Shown here: in pieces, positions 29,132 through 39,771 of the stretch | Layout of the letters: the number at the start of each line of letters is the position of its first letter | Numbering within the stretch: position 1 is the stretch's first letter | Assembly: GCA_039030515.1 (NCBI GenBank) | Contig: JBCCEA010000021.1 | Span: 1-64,000 of the forward strand | DNA: 64,000 nucleotides | Origin: Myxococcota bacterium | GTDB lineage: Bacteria > Myxococcota_A > Polyangia > Polyangiales > Houyiibacteriaceae | Direction: 5' to 3' | Notes under the pieces: model-generated | Databases searched by the model: none | The model's input: only the letters and a program-made list of their open reading frames with translations | Told to the model about the DNA's origin: nothing | Program-made: the position numbers and the translations under genes

Positions 29132-30097
29132 CTAAAATCGGCCCTGCAACGCTGCGCCTCCACCTCGTTTTACGGTAAGAGGCTGCATCGAGAGGCGTGC
29201 TTCGCTGGAGGAGGACTCCGAATCCCGATCCAGCAGCACGAAAGTCAGACCCAGCCCGGCAAAAATCGCTGCCGCCCCGAGAGCCACATCGGTGGCAAGG
29301 GCGAGGCGGTTGGCTCGATCGGCGCGACCCGAGGGACAGACCCCGAGGGCGCCACAATCACTAGAGGCCAGCTGAGATTCCTCGGACAACGCCCAGGGCC
29401 CTAAAATGGCGGCGCTTAGTAAGGAGGCCCCTGCGGCCGAAAACATGGCGATCGATACCACGGTTCTGGAGCTCAGCGTGGTCGTATTGGTTTCCAGTAC
29501 GGAATCGGTTGGGCGTACTTCATCGGACAGCAGGTCGCCGTGACGCTCTTCGAGTCTCTTGAGACGCGACTCGACATTGGAGCGGTTTCGTATCTCTGGG
29601 GTCTCGGCGAGGTAGCGGCGGAGATAGGTGATCGCCTGCTGAAATTGGCCGAGCTGCTGGTGGCAAAGGTGTAAGTTGAAAAGGAGCTCAGATCGACCAC
29701 TCAACTCATAGGCTCTCTGAAACTCCTGCAGCGCTAGCGCCCAATCTGCCGCCTCGTAGTGGGAGGCCCCAGCTTCGAAATGAAGGCGAGCGGTGCGTTC
29801 GGACGAGCGGGACTGGGTCGCGCTCGCACTGCTACCAGAGCTCGCACTGCCACCAGAGCTCGCACTGCCACCAGAGCTCGCACTGCTACCGGAGCTCGCA
29901 CTGCCACCAGAGCTCGCACTGCTACCGGAGCTCGCGTTGCTGCTCGAACTGGCACTGCTGCTCGAACTGGCACTGCTATTCGAACTGCCACTGTCCCTCT
30001 CCCGAGTAGACTGCGCGCGGGTCGGAGTCGGCTCGAAAAGCATGCCTAAGAGAGGCAGCAAGACCCACCAAGACACCCACAGCTCCCTAAAGCGCAC
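29132..30097 (-). CDS. Secreted TPR protein with Ser/Gly-rich linker and C-terminal hydrophobic segments
   Basis: Signal peptide, SASSG(G/S) repeats, ARLHFEAG..HY...DW..AL.EF.RAYE TPR. Confidence 0.8.
   Translation of the reverse strand: MRFRELWVSWWVLLPLLGMLFEPTPTRAQSTRERDSGSSNSSASSSSSASSSSNASSGSSASSGGSASSGSSASSGGSASSGGSASSGSSASATQSRSSERTARLHFEAGASHYEAADWALALQEFQRAYELSGRSELLFNLHLCHQQLGQFQQAITYLRRYLAETPEIRNRSNVESRLKRLEERHGDLLSDEVRPTDSVLETNTTTLSSRTVVSIAMFSAAGASLLSAAILGPWALSEESQLASSDCGALGVCPSGRADRANRLALATDVALGAAAIFAGLGLTFVLLDRDSESSSSEARLSMQPLTVKRGGGAALQGRF
29819..29990. repeat. In-frame 18-bp coding tandem repeat (S-S-A-S-S-G type)
   Basis: GCTCGCACTGCYACCRGA units followed by degenerate copies. 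Confidence 0.9.
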
Positions 30098-30314
30098 GCG
30101 AACCTGACCGCTTCATACTTTGAATGACTCCCTTTGTGCCAACCTCGCGCAGGGCGAGCGGTTCACTGGCCAAGAAAATTTCAGAGGCCAACGGTAAGAA
30201 CTGGGTAACGTAGCGCAAACCGATTGGAACGGCATCCTGTGTGGGCTTCTGCATACAACCTTGTCTCCACAGTCTACGAGCTCAGCGTTCAAGGTCTACC
30301 CGCGCTGTCCCGAC

Positions 30315-31565
30315 CTAGGAAGAGATATCCCGGTCGACAATAGAGAGCGGACTGTCGGTCCGCGTCGCGAGAAGCTCTTTTGGTGGACCTTCACGTCTCA
30401 AAAAGATCCTAAGTTCCGCTCCTCCAGAGTCGGATTCGTCTACCTCGATAGAGCCACCGTGCTCCTCTACGATCCGGTGCACAACGGCGAGACCAAGTCC
30501 CGTACCGCCTGCCTTGGTCGTAAAATAGGGTTCGAATACCTTGGATCTTTGATCGAAGGGAATCCCGGGTCCGTTGTCCCGAATTCGAGCCAAAACCCCG
30601 GTGGGGAACGCCTCCAACTCGATGCACACCTCTGCGCCCCGAGAACCGTGTCGCGCAGAGGCGGCAGCGATTGCGTTCTGAACAAGATTGACAAACACCT
30701 GAATGACCTGTTCCCGATCTGCCTGAACGGACTCCACGGTGCCGAGCATAAGCTCGATCGACACCTGATCGGTCTGAAGCAGTCCGCAAACATGAGTTAG
30801 GACGTCACCTACATCCACAGCGCGGACTCGGGGACGCGGCAGGCGAGCAAAACGACTAAACTCAGAGACGATCCGCCGAAGCCGCTCCACCTCCTCCAAG
30901 ATGGTAAGCGTCGATTCTTCAAAGATCTCCTCAAAGTCTGGATGACGCTTTGCGTGGGTTTTACGCATCGTTTCGATCGATACCTGGATCGGTGAAAGAG
31001 GGTTCTTAACTTCGTGGGCAATACGGCGCGCAATGTCGCGCCATGCCGCAATGCGCTCTGCCCGCAACAACCGCTCTCGCGTAGAGCGAAGCGTTCCGAT
31101 CATCCGATGAAATGCAGACACCGCACGTCCCACCTCATCAGGCCGACGAGATGTAAGGGGAGAGGAGAGATCACCTGCAGCAACCCGCTCCGCAGCCAAC
31201 TCGAGCTCCCTGAGCGGCCGGATAAGACCGCGCGTCACGCCCCACGCAAGCCCAAAACTCAGCACGAACGCGAACGCTCCGGCCCAGCCCAAAAGTGTTG
31301 TTAGTTCAGCGGATCTACCGCTGGTCTCGGCGTGGTCGGTGTCTTGTTCGCCGGGTGGGTCAACCGCCGGGTCAGGCTCTGATGGAGCCACGAGGTCGAA
31401 ATTGGGGTTCCTCCGAGCAGGGTCAGGCTCCGTAGCCTCCACAAACCGATGCTCCGTCCATAGGGACGACCGACGCTCGGCCTGGGTCACCGCACCTACC
31501 AAAAGCAGGGGAGCAAGTGACGCGAGAAGTAGCGAGCACGCCATCCGAAAGTAGAGTGAGTGCAT
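30315..31565 (-). CDS. HAMP-domain sensor histidine kinase (NtrY-like)
   Basis: 2 TM, HAMP, AAWRDIARRIAHEVKNPL, DNGPG, GTGLGL; stop/start overlap with the PBP1A gene. Confidence 0.92.
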   Translation of the reverse strand: MHSLYFRMACSLLLASLAPLLLVGAVTQAERRSSLWTEHRFVEATEPDPARRNPNFDLVAPSEPDPAVDPPGEQDTDHAETSGRSAELTTLLGWAGAFAFVLSFGLAWGVTRGLIRPLRELELAAERVAAGDLSSPLTSRRPDEVGRAVSAFHRMIGTLRSTRERLLRAERIAAWRDIARRIAHEVKNPLSPIQVSIETMRKTHAKRHPDFEEIFEESTLTILEEVERLRRIVSEFSRFARLPRPRVRAVDVGDVLTHVCGLLQTDQVSIELMLGTVESVQADREQVIQVFVNLVQNAIAAASARHGSRGAEVCIELEAFPTGVLARIRDNGPGIPFDQRSKVFEPYFTTKAGGTGLGLAVVHRIVEEHGGSIEVDESDSGGAELRIFLRREGPPKELLATRTDSPLSIVDRDISS

Positions 31566-33967
31566 CAGCGCTCTTCAGTTTCATGGGAGATGCGAAATTG
31601 CTCCATCAGTAAGGTGCTCGAATCCGCAATTTCTTCTTCCGGTGCGAAGGATGTGGGCTCTGTGCCTTCTAAGAACACCTCTTCAACGGCATCTTCTTGC
31701 TCCTCATGCGCCAACAAACCGCTGTCGGGGTCCACGCGCCTCGTGACCACACCGCTCGGCATCCGAAACTCGAGGCGCGGTCGTCCTTCAAGACCGGCAG
31801 CCATCACCTCGATCCAGATGGGAAGCGCGCTTCTGCCGCCACTCTCTCGCCGTCCGAGCGACCTGCGATCATCAAAGCCAACCCAAACTCCGGCAACTAA
31901 CTCAGGTGAGTACCCTACAAACCATGCGTCTCGAGCCTCGTTGCTGGTCCCTGTCTTGCCGGCGATGGGATAGCCCAAACGCCGAGCTGCTCGGGCTGTG
32001 CCCTGCTCCACCACACTTCTGAGCAGGGTCGTCACCACAAAGGCTTCCGCTGGACTGAGGACATCTCGAGGAGCCTGATCGTCGCGAATGGGAACGATCT
32101 CTCCCGATGAATCTCGAATACTGCGTATGAATCTCGGGCGCGCAAAACGGCCTCCGGCAGCAAACGTGGTGTAGGCGTTGGTCAGTTCCATGAGCGAGAC
32201 ATCGCTTGCCCCAAGGGAGAGAGACAGGCTTGGTTCAAGAGAAGAACGGATCCCGAGCTCCCGGGCGAACGAAACAACCGACTCCGGTTTGAGCTTTTCG
32301 ATCACGCGGACGGCAACCATGTTGATCGAACGTGCAAGGGCGACGCGAAGGCTTACATCTCCTTCAAAACGCCAGGTCTCGTAGTTACTGGGTCGCCATT
32401 CATCATAGACCGCAGGCGCATCGATCACCCGAGTGGCGGGAGTGAACATTCGGGTCTTGATTCCCAGCGCATACACCAGCGGTTTGAACGTGCTTCCCGG
32501 TTGACGCACCGAACGCGTTGCGCGATTGAATCCTCCCGGACTCGCTTGAGCGCTGCCGATCAAAGCGAGTACCTCTCGACTCCGTGCCGACATCAGAACA
32601 ACAGCCCCCTCTGGGCCTAACTCCAGACGTACCGTCGCCGGCAAGCCACGCGCGGGCTCACCGAGATGCGCGAGAGACACCCGTAAGTGAGCGCCCTGCG
32701 CTGCAAAGCGCGACGGCGGAAGTTGTTCTGGATTGAAGCGTTCATGTTGGGAGAGGTCGACGAGCGCCGGCAATCCGCCCACGTCGACAGATAGCGTGCC
32801 GTGTTCATCGTCCGAAGCGACGACCTTGGCGATATAGGAGCGGCCGTACTGAAGTTGCGTAAGTCGTTTTGAAGACCGCGAGCGAGTCGGTCGACGCAAA
32901 GGCGCCTGATAGCCTTGCCGCGCGTCGAGCTCGGTGAGGCCAGTGAGCAGCGCCATCCGGGCCTTGCGCTGCAAACCGATATCGAGCGTGGTCTGAATCG
33001 TATACCCGCCGAGCGAATAAGCTTCTTCGCCCACGAGTTCTCTAAGCTGCTGGCGCACCAGCGTAAGCACTTCAGCCGCTTCCAAGCCCTCAGCACGCCC
33101 AGAAACCAAAGGTATTTCGGTCTGCCGCGCCGCCTCAATTTCCGCAACGCTTAGGTCGGGCCAGTATTCGCGCCGCTTGGATTCAAGCTGGGAGAGTACA
33201 AAAAGCTGTCGACGCCGCGCTGCTTCTGGGTGCCTTCGCGGTGAAAGTCGGGTTGGCGCCTGTGGCAAGCCCGCGATGAGAGAGGACTCCGCAAGCGAAA
33301 GATGGTCGACGTCTTTACTGAAATAATACTGAGCGGCCTCCTGAACGCCGTATCGTCCATGTCCGAAATTGATGTGATTCAAATAAAAATGAATGATTTC
33401 ATCTTTTGTGAATTCTTGCTCCAGTCGACGAGCGAGGATCAGCTCGCGGATCTTGCGCTTGATGCTTCGTTCTGGGCTCAGGAGTAAAGTCTTCACCACC
33501 TGCTGGGTAATCGTGCTCGCCCCTTGAGGGCGCCTGCCAGATAGGGGCTCGAGAATGACCGCACGCAGGATTCCCGGATAGTCCATGCCTTTATGCCGGT
33601 AGAAATCAGCGTCCTCAGCGGCGAGAATCGAAAGCACGAGCACTCGAGGGATACGCTCCATCGGCACCACCGTGCGCCTCTCCTCGAACAGGGTTCCGAT
33701 CACCACGCCGTTGCGATCGAGAACTCGAGTCGTTTGCGGGGGGTTGTAGCTTCGTAACTCTTGAACCGAAGGAAGATCCTGCGCGTAGTAGCTGAACAGG
33801 CCGAAGAGAGACAACGACCCAGCGACGAAAGCCAGTAGAACGAGCTGGAACAGGCGCCGCATCCATCTTCGCGCCAAGGGACGCTTCACCCGGGTTGGAC
33901 GAGAATTCGAACGATGCTTCTTGCGACTCGGCCCGCCGTTGCGTGTGGTCGTTCGTTGAACTGCCAT
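31565..33967 (-). CDS. mrcA: Class A penicillin-binding protein (PBP1A)
   Basis: AAEDADFY.H.G, QGASTITQQ, RKIRE; GSTFKP (SxxK), SIN (SxN), GKTGT. Confidence 0.9.
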   Translation of the reverse strand: MAVQRTTTRNGGPSRKKHRSNSRPTRVKRPLARRWMRRLFQLVLLAFVAGSLSLFGLFSYYAQDLPSVQELRSYNPPQTTRVLDRNGVVIGTLFEERRTVVPMERIPRVLVLSILAAEDADFYRHKGMDYPGILRAVILEPLSGRRPQGASTITQQVVKTLLLSPERSIKRKIRELILARRLEQEFTKDEIIHFYLNHINFGHGRYGVQEAAQYYFSKDVDHLSLAESSLIAGLPQAPTRLSPRRHPEAARRRQLFVLSQLESKRREYWPDLSVAEIEAARQTEIPLVSGRAEGLEAAEVLTLVRQQLRELVGEEAYSLGGYTIQTTLDIGLQRKARMALLTGLTELDARQGYQAPLRRPTRSRSSKRLTQLQYGRSYIAKVVASDDEHGTLSVDVGGLPALVDLSQHERFNPEQLPPSRFAAQGAHLRVSLAHLGEPARGLPATVRLELGPEGAVVLMSARSREVLALIGSAQASPGGFNRATRSVRQPGSTFKPLVYALGIKTRMFTPATRVIDAPAVYDEWRPSNYETWRFEGDVSLRVALARSINMVAVRVIEKLKPESVVSFARELGIRSSLEPSLSLSLGASDVSLMELTNAYTTFAAGGRFARPRFIRSIRDSSGEIVPIRDDQAPRDVLSPAEAFVVTTLLRSVVEQGTARAARRLGYPIAGKTGTSNEARDAWFVGYSPELVAGVWVGFDDRRSLGRRESGGRSALPIWIEVMAAGLEGRPRLEFRMPSGVVTRRVDPDSGLLAHEEQEDAVEEVFLEGTEPTSFAPEEEIADSSTLLMEQFRISHETEER

Positions 33968-34178
33968 GATCCGGCCGGAATTTCCTCTAAACCCTGGTGG
34001 AGCCTCGAGCGAGGTGCGGACTCGAGTTGGGCAAAGACCATACGAACTGGGATCGCGCCGCGCAATGCCACCTGCGCAATACCTCCTGCGTATGCCCCCC
34101 GCACCGTGCCTCCTGCACAGGGGCTAGCTTCGCTCCATCGCATTGAGAGGCCCACGAAAGTTGCTAAGGGAGCGAGCC

Positions 34179-34880
34179 TTGAAACGCACGGGTCCCAACC
34201 TTCACACGGTGCCTCAGTCGAAACCACTTCCCGCCGAGGCACAGGTCGTCGTCGACGTGCTGAGCCAGGTCGTGACCGGCGAGCGACTCAAGCGGATCGA
34301 TCAGATCATCGCGCAACGAACCGACCAGGTTGTGCCGGTTCTCGAGGGACTGACAGACCCGCACAATATCTCTGCGGTGCTTCGCTCCTGTGATGCCTTT
34401 GGCATACAGGGGGTCCATGTGATCGAAGGAACGTACGGATTTGTTGCAGCCCATGCGGTGTCTCGCGGCAGTGAGCGCTGGCTTGACGTCGTGCGTCATG
34501 AAACGGCCCTGAGCTGCGTCACAGACCTGAAGTCTCAGGGGTACAGCATTTATGTTGCGGAAATGCACGGTGCCGTTGCTGTCGAAGAGCTATCTAGTCT
34601 TCGGAAGGTCGCCCTGGTGCTGGGTAACGAGCATCGTGGTGCGAGTGACGCCATTCGGAGCGCGGCGGACGGTAGCTACCGTATCCCTATGCGGGGCTTC
34701 GTAGAAAGCCTAAACGTGTCCGTCGCCGCAGCGGTGACGCTTTATGCAGCGACGTCCAACCGTGCTCGCGAAAGCCTGAGTGAAACGCAAGCCTTGGAAC
34801 TCAAAGCGCGCATGCTGCTGAGAACCGTGAACGACGCCGAGAAACTGGTAGGCACGTACCTGCGCGACAGGCCCTCTTAG
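34179..34880 (+). CDS. TrmH/SpoU-family RNA 2'-O-methyltransferase
   Basis: DPHNISAVLRSCDAFG, LGNEHRG.S, IPMRGFVESLNVSVAAA. Confidence 0.92.
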   Translation: MKRTGPNLHTVPQSKPLPAEAQVVVDVLSQVVTGERLKRIDQIIAQRTDQVVPVLEGLTDPHNISAVLRSCDAFGIQGVHVIEGTYGFVAAHAVSRGSERWLDVVRHETALSCVTDLKSQGYSIYVAEMHGAVAVEELSSLRKVALVLGNEHRGASDAIRSAADGSYRIPMRGFVESLNVSVAAAVTLYAATSNRARESLSETQALELKARMLLRTVNDAEKLVGTYLRDRPS

Positions 34881-34892
34881 CGAGAAACACAC

Positions 34893-35438
34893 TCATGTCT
34901 CGGACTCGCCGACCCGCACCCCGACGACCAGGGTGCCTCCGGCATACGCCTGACCCGCAATGAAAAACGGGTCTCCTGCGGACGCAACCACTTGGAGCAG
35001 AGGCAGGTAATCGCGTTCCCGAGGTCGATCGATGCTCACCTTAACTTGGAATCGACCATCCGGCATGATTCGCTCGAGCAAGATTCGTAGGCGTCGACCG
35101 TTGGGTAGCGCTACTTCCGAGGGGCGCCCCGCAACCAATCGAACGCGCGGTCGTGATTCTACCTCCATCGATCGAAATGTGGTGAAAGGAGGCCTTTGAA
35201 GCGCCGGCAGCTGCTGCAAAGACGGGTCGATACGCCCAGCTTCTTCTCGAGCGAGTACGACGATAACTTCCGTTTGCACCCCCTGCGCCGAAACCGACCT
35301 GGGGAAATAAGATAGCGCGATACATGCAACAAAGACCCCGCTGCATAAACTCACTCGGCACGGAGACGTGGCCTTTAGCTTTTTCGTGAAGCCTCTTCTG
35401 CTGTCTGATGGGTTGCTGTGCTCTGAACTGTTCATCAT
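34893..35438 (-). CDS. Hypothetical exported protein (third gene of the ECF operon)
   Basis: Hydrophobic signal ending VSA-Q; beta-rich body; same strand as the anti-sigma. Confidence 0.65.
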   Translation of the reverse strand: MMNSSEHSNPSDSRRGFTKKLKATSPCRVSLCSGVFVACIALSYFPRSVSAQGVQTEVIVVLAREEAGRIDPSLQQLPALQRPPFTTFRSMEVESRPRVRLVAGRPSEVALPNGRRLRILLERIMPDGRFQVKVSIDRPRERDYLPLLQVVASAGDPFFIAGQAYAGGTLVVGVRVGESET

Positions 35439-35484
35439 ACGATCGCCCTCGTCTCTTGATGCTCCGAATCCATCCTAAGCGGTA

Positions 35485-36159
35485 TCAGTATTCAAGGCGT
35501 CCATTCGCAAAATCTTCAGCGATCCAAACGACGGCGAGGGACTCACCCCGGGTTCCCTCTACTGAAAATACGGTACCGCTATGGTCGCCAAAATCTACTT
35601 CTAGAACTTCAGAACCGGCCGACGGCTCATCGATCACCGCAGCCATGCGCTCCATCACTCTTGATGGTTTCTCCTTGCTTGAACGCCCTGGTGCTTCCGC
35701 GCGCTCTGCAGCACTCAGGTCTGCTGGGATCGCACCAATCCCATCCCCCATCTCTACCTTCGCCGGAATCTCTAGAATCGCTGAGCGTTCCTCCGCATTC
35801 CAGGGCTGAAGGTAGGCGAGCGCAAGCGCGGCGGCGACGGCGCACACCGTAGAGAGCAGTGCGATCCGCCGATCACGCCGCTGCATATATGCTGCAAATG
35901 CCACTCGCGATTGTGGCTCCTCGTGACGAGCCAAACTTCCCTGCTCTTCGATAGCAAAAAAAAGACGCTCCGAATCGAGATGGATCGTGGATTCTTCGGC
36001 CGCCAAACGAATCAATTTCCCGAAACGCAGCGCGGCCTCCGCTCGACTTGCAAGCGCTGGATCCTCATCAAGACGCTTCTGAAACGCGGCGTGTTCGGCG
36101 GCGGAAAGCTCCTGGTCTAGATACCGCTGAAGCTCATCATCTTCGGCGAAATCGGTCAC
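35485..36159 (-). CDS. Putative membrane anti-sigma factor
   Basis: LQRYLDQELS.AE....QKRL (ZAS-like fold without HxxxCxxC), one TM; GTGA overlap with the sigma gene. Confidence 0.75.
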   Translation of the reverse strand: MTDFAEDDELQRYLDQELSAAEHAAFQKRLDEDPALASRAEAALRFGKLIRLAAEESTIHLDSERLFFAIEEQGSLARHEEPQSRVAFAAYMQRRDRRIALLSTVCAVAAALALAYLQPWNAEERSAILEIPAKVEMGDGIGAIPADLSAAERAEAPGRSSKEKPSRVMERMAAVIDEPSAGSEVLEVDFGDHSGTVFSVEGTRGESLAVVWIAEDFANGRLEY

Positions 36160-36812
36160 GGTGCCTCCTCTATACTGAGGTCTCCCTGCAGGTACTCGGC
36201 AAGGACCTGTTGCATCCTCCGGCGCGCATGAAACAAGCGACTCATGATCGTTCCCTTGGGTACTTCGAGAATCGTAGCGATCTCGTCGTAGCTCAATCCT
36301 TCCACCTCGCGCAGCAAGATCACCGCTCGATGGTACTCGGGAAGCTCGGCGAGCGCTGAGTGGATCGCCTCCAGAAGTTCTTTTCTGAGTACGGTTCGAA
36401 CGGGATTGCTGTCTAGAAACTGAGGGAGCTGTACTTCACCGTCGGGCAAGAGCCGGGTTTCTTCACACTCCTGCTCACTGCCTCTTCGTCGCTTTCGTAC
36501 GTGGTCGATCGCGAGGTTGGTCACGATTCGATAGAGCCAAGTGTAAAAACTGGAGTTCCCTTGAAAGTTGTCGATGTGCCGATAGACCTTGATGAACGCC
36601 TCTTGAACGACATCCAGCGCATCCTGTTCACGTTTGACCACTCCGTATGCAACTGCAAAGGCGCGCCGGTGGTAGCGGTCGAATAGCTGCCTAAATGCAC
36701 GCTGGTCTCCGTCTTTGACGCGCGCCACGAGCTTTTGATCCAGCTCTCGATCGATCCGGACGCACGACGTACCTCCTATGCACTTCGACGTGGTGACTGG
36801 AATTTGATTCAT
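36156..36812 (-). CDS. ECF (RpoE-like) sigma factor; start ambiguous, see findings
   Basis: DQKLVARVKDGDQRAF, DVVQEAFIK, FYTWLYRI..N.AID, LSYDEIA..L..PKGTIMSRL.HAR. Confidence 0.9.
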   Translation of the reverse strand: MNQIPVTTSKCIGGTSCVRIDRELDQKLVARVKDGDQRAFRQLFDRYHRRAFAVAYGVVKREQDALDVVQEAFIKVYRHIDNFQGNSSFYTWLYRIVTNLAIDHVRKRRRGSEQECEETRLLPDGEVQLPQFLDSNPVRTVLRKELLEAIHSALAELPEYHRAVILLREVEGLSYDEIATILEVPKGTIMSRLFHARRRMQQVLAEYLQGDLSIEEAP

Positions 36813-37008
36813 CTTCAGGACGCAATTCTTATGTGGGCACCAAGACTCCAATACCTCCGCAGGCACCGGTGTAGATGGTAACGAGATACCGCTGGGAAAT
36901 CCCGCGAAAACAGGCGTTGATCGGTGAAGCGGAAGCTTTGATCGGCAAAGGTGAGCGCACCCCTCCACCGCAACCCGCAATCGACCACCCTGCCGTTGCC
37001 TCTAGGTC

Positions 37009-39255
37009 GTGTGGAGCTACCTTCTGCTCGTGCAGGGTTCCGATTCACTCAATCCCAGACAGCGAGAAGCCGCTGAGCATCGAGAAGGCCCGATGGTCGT
37101 CTTTGCGGGAGCGGGCAGTGGCAAAACACGGGTGATCACCCATCGAGTCTGCCGATTGGTGCTGGATCAAGGGGTTTCGGCCTACCGCATCGTCTGCGTT
37201 ACCTTCACCAACAAAGCTGCATCCGAAATGCGCGAACGGCTTCATACCCTGATGGGAGACGCAGCGGAGTCGCTGTGGGTAGGGACTTTTCACGCAACCT
37301 GCGCCCGAATTCTTCGACGCTTTCACGAAGAGGTCGGTGTCAGAAAAACCTTCACAATCTACGATGATGGCGACCAGGTCGCTTTGATCACCCGCATCCT
37401 TCGAGACCTGGGACTCCGCAAGGGTAAGTCCGACGCAAAAGAGATCGCGAGGGCTATCTCCCGCGCGAAGCAGGAGGTCATCGGCCCGCAGCAGTTTGAA
37501 GTGGAGCGACCCGCAGACGAACTCGTAGCCCTCATCTACCCCAAGTATCAGGACGCGCTTGATCGAGCGGGAGCCTTGGACTTCAGCGACTTGATCTATC
37601 GCCTGGTGGTGGCGCTTGAATCGACCGCCGCCCTACGCGCCGAGTTGCAGGCGCGATTCCATCACGTGCTGGTGGACGAGTTCCAAGATACCAACCACGT
37701 TCAGTTCCGTTTGCTCAGAGCGCTCTGCCCCGCCGACGGCAATCTCTTCGTCGTCGGTGATGACGACCAAAGCATCTACCGCTGGAGAGGCGCCGACCGC
37801 CGCAATATCCTAGATTTTCGGAGATGGTTCCAGGACGCTCAAGTGGTAAAATTGGAGGAAAACTACCGCTCTACCAAGCGAATTCTGCGCGTGGCGCATG
37901 CCGTGATCGAGCGCAATCTGGATCGCGAACCGAAAACGCTTTGGACTCAGAACGAAGAGGGAGATCCGGTAACCCTTTGGCACTGCGAGGACGAACGGGA
38001 CGAGGCGCATCGGATCGTCCGCGTACTGCAGGAGCACCTTGACGAGGGATGTTCGCTTGCCGAAATCGCGATATTCTATCGAATCCACGCGCAGTCCAGG
38101 GTGATCGAAGAAGCGCTTCGTGCGGCAGACCTCCCCTATCGAATCGTAGGCGGCACACGATTTTACGATAGGGCGGAGGTGAAAGACCTGCTCGCGTATC
38201 TACGGAGTATTCACAACCCGGACGACGATGTAAGCCTGCTTCGAATCATCAATACGCCCAGCCGAGGCATCGGAAAAACGACGTTGGATCGACTGCTCAA
38301 TCGTGCCGCCGAGCGCGGTGAAGGCGTGTACCACACCCTACAAAAACTCGATTCAGAGCCAAGCGAGATTCAACCAGCGGCGGCGAAACGACTTCAAAAG
38401 TTCGCGAAGCTGCTCGCATCCTTTCGCCAGGGGATCGAGGACGGCATTTCCATCAGCGCGCTGGGACGACGGGTAGTCGAAGAAACCGGCTACCGTGAGG
38501 CGCTGCAAAAGCAGGATACGCCGGAAGCCGACGCCCGTCTTCAAAACGTTGAAGAACTGCTGGGCTCGCTGACAGAGTTCGAACAGGAGGCGGAAGAACC
38601 GTCTCTCGGGGCATTTCTGGAGTTGGTCACTCTGCAAACCAGTGCAGACCTCCAGGAAAGCGGCGAGCGGGTGACGCTGATGACGGTACACGCCGCCAAG
38701 GGCCTTGAATTTCCATCAGTCCTGATCGCAGGTCTTGAAGAAAAGCTCTTCCCGCTCAGGATAGGCGACGAGCTCTATTTAGAAGACAGAGAAGAGCTCG
38801 AAGAAGAGCGGCGTCTTGCCTACGTTGCGTTCACTCGAGCCAAGGCCCGTCTCCATCTCTTTTACGGAAGCGTGCGGCGGATTTTTGGCAAACTCAACGT
38901 GGCCCAGCCTTCTCGGTTTCTCTCGGAAATCCCGACGAGCGACGTCATGACCATGGCCAGCATGCCAAGGCGCAACATCTCGCGTTCGTCGAAAGAACAT
39001 AGAATCTCTGGATACGGAACGCGCAGTGTCGACAAGTCTCCCTCCGCCCGCATGACAAAAGAATCCTACGTAGACACCACCGAGGGATTCGACTTCGAAT
39101 CTGGATCGTTTTGCACCGGAATGCGGGTACGTCATCGCAAATTCGGGGTGGGGTTGGTGCGAGACGTGTTGGAGGGCATTCCGCCTAGGGTCTCGGTGGA
39201 CTTCCCTGGGTGGGGGGTTAAGCGGATTGCGACGGCCTTTCTCGAGCCTCATTGA
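37009..39255 (+). CDS. uvrD: ATP-dependent DNA helicase UvrD/PcrA
   Basis: AGAGSGKT, TFTNKAA, VDEFQDTN, VGDDDQSIY.WRGA, LEENYRS, TVHAAKGLEF, EEERRLAYVAFTRA; start probably GTG 37030. Confidence 0.95.
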   Translation: MWSYLLLVQGSDSLNPRQREAAEHREGPMVVFAGAGSGKTRVITHRVCRLVLDQGVSAYRIVCVTFTNKAASEMRERLHTLMGDAAESLWVGTFHATCARILRRFHEEVGVRKTFTIYDDGDQVALITRILRDLGLRKGKSDAKEIARAISRAKQEVIGPQQFEVERPADELVALIYPKYQDALDRAGALDFSDLIYRLVVALESTAALRAELQARFHHVLVDEFQDTNHVQFRLLRALCPADGNLFVVGDDDQSIYRWRGADRRNILDFRRWFQDAQVVKLEENYRSTKRILRVAHAVIERNLDREPKTLWTQNEEGDPVTLWHCEDERDEAHRIVRVLQEHLDEGCSLAEIAIFYRIHAQSRVIEEALRAADLPYRIVGGTRFYDRAEVKDLLAYLRSIHNPDDDVSLLRIINTPSRGIGKTTLDRLLNRAAERGEGVYHTLQKLDSEPSEIQPAAAKRLQKFAKLLASFRQGIEDGISISALGRRVVEETGYREALQKQDTPEADARLQNVEELLGSLTEFEQEAEEPSLGAFLELVTLQTSADLQESGERVTLMTVHAAKGLEFPSVLIAGLEEKLFPLRIGDELYLEDREELEEERRLAYVAFTRAKARLHLFYGSVRRIFGKLNVAQPSRFLSEIPTSDVMTMASMPRRNISRSSKEHRISGYGTRSVDKSPSARMTKESYVDTTEGFDFESGSFCTGMRVRHRKFGVGLVRDVLEGIPPRVSVDFPGWGVKRIATAFLEPH

Positions 39256-39730
39256 GAGAGGGGCTGGCTCAGCTTGAGCGCCCGCTTGCCTCCCATGCTC
39301 GGAACTCGACGTACTACAGTACGCCTTCACTCCTCCGCTTCCGGGGCGCTGGACCCTCAAACCAATCCATCCCCTCTCTCCTTACCAGCTGGCTCAGCTT
39401 GAGCGTCCGCTGCCTCCCATGCTCGGAACTCGACGTACTACAGTACGCCTTCACTCCTCCGCTCCAGGGGGCCTATGTCGGCCCAAACAGCGGCTTACCT
39501 CCGATGCTCGGAGCTTGAAGTAGCGAAACTACTCCTGCGCTCCTGCGCTCCTGGGGCGCTGGCTGTTTGAACCAACCTAGGCCCCCTGCGGATGTCGTTG
39601 CTGAATTGGCCCAAACAGCCGCTTTGTATCTTCGGAGGCTGCTATGACTTCTAGCAACCAGAGACCGTGGCGGGGAAGTCGAGCCGCTTGCCTCCCATGC
39701 TCGGAACTCGACGTACTACAGTACGCCTTC
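39254..39730. repeat. Cluster 1 of a nested-hairpin REP/MITE-like repeat family
   Basis: Full copies 39254-39380 and 39465-39588; partial copies near 39388-39463 and 39685-39730; about 27-bp imperfect terminal inverted repeats. Confidence 0.9.
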
Positions 39731-39771
39731 GACGCCTTCGGTCCCCATGCCTCTAGGCACCAAACGGACAT

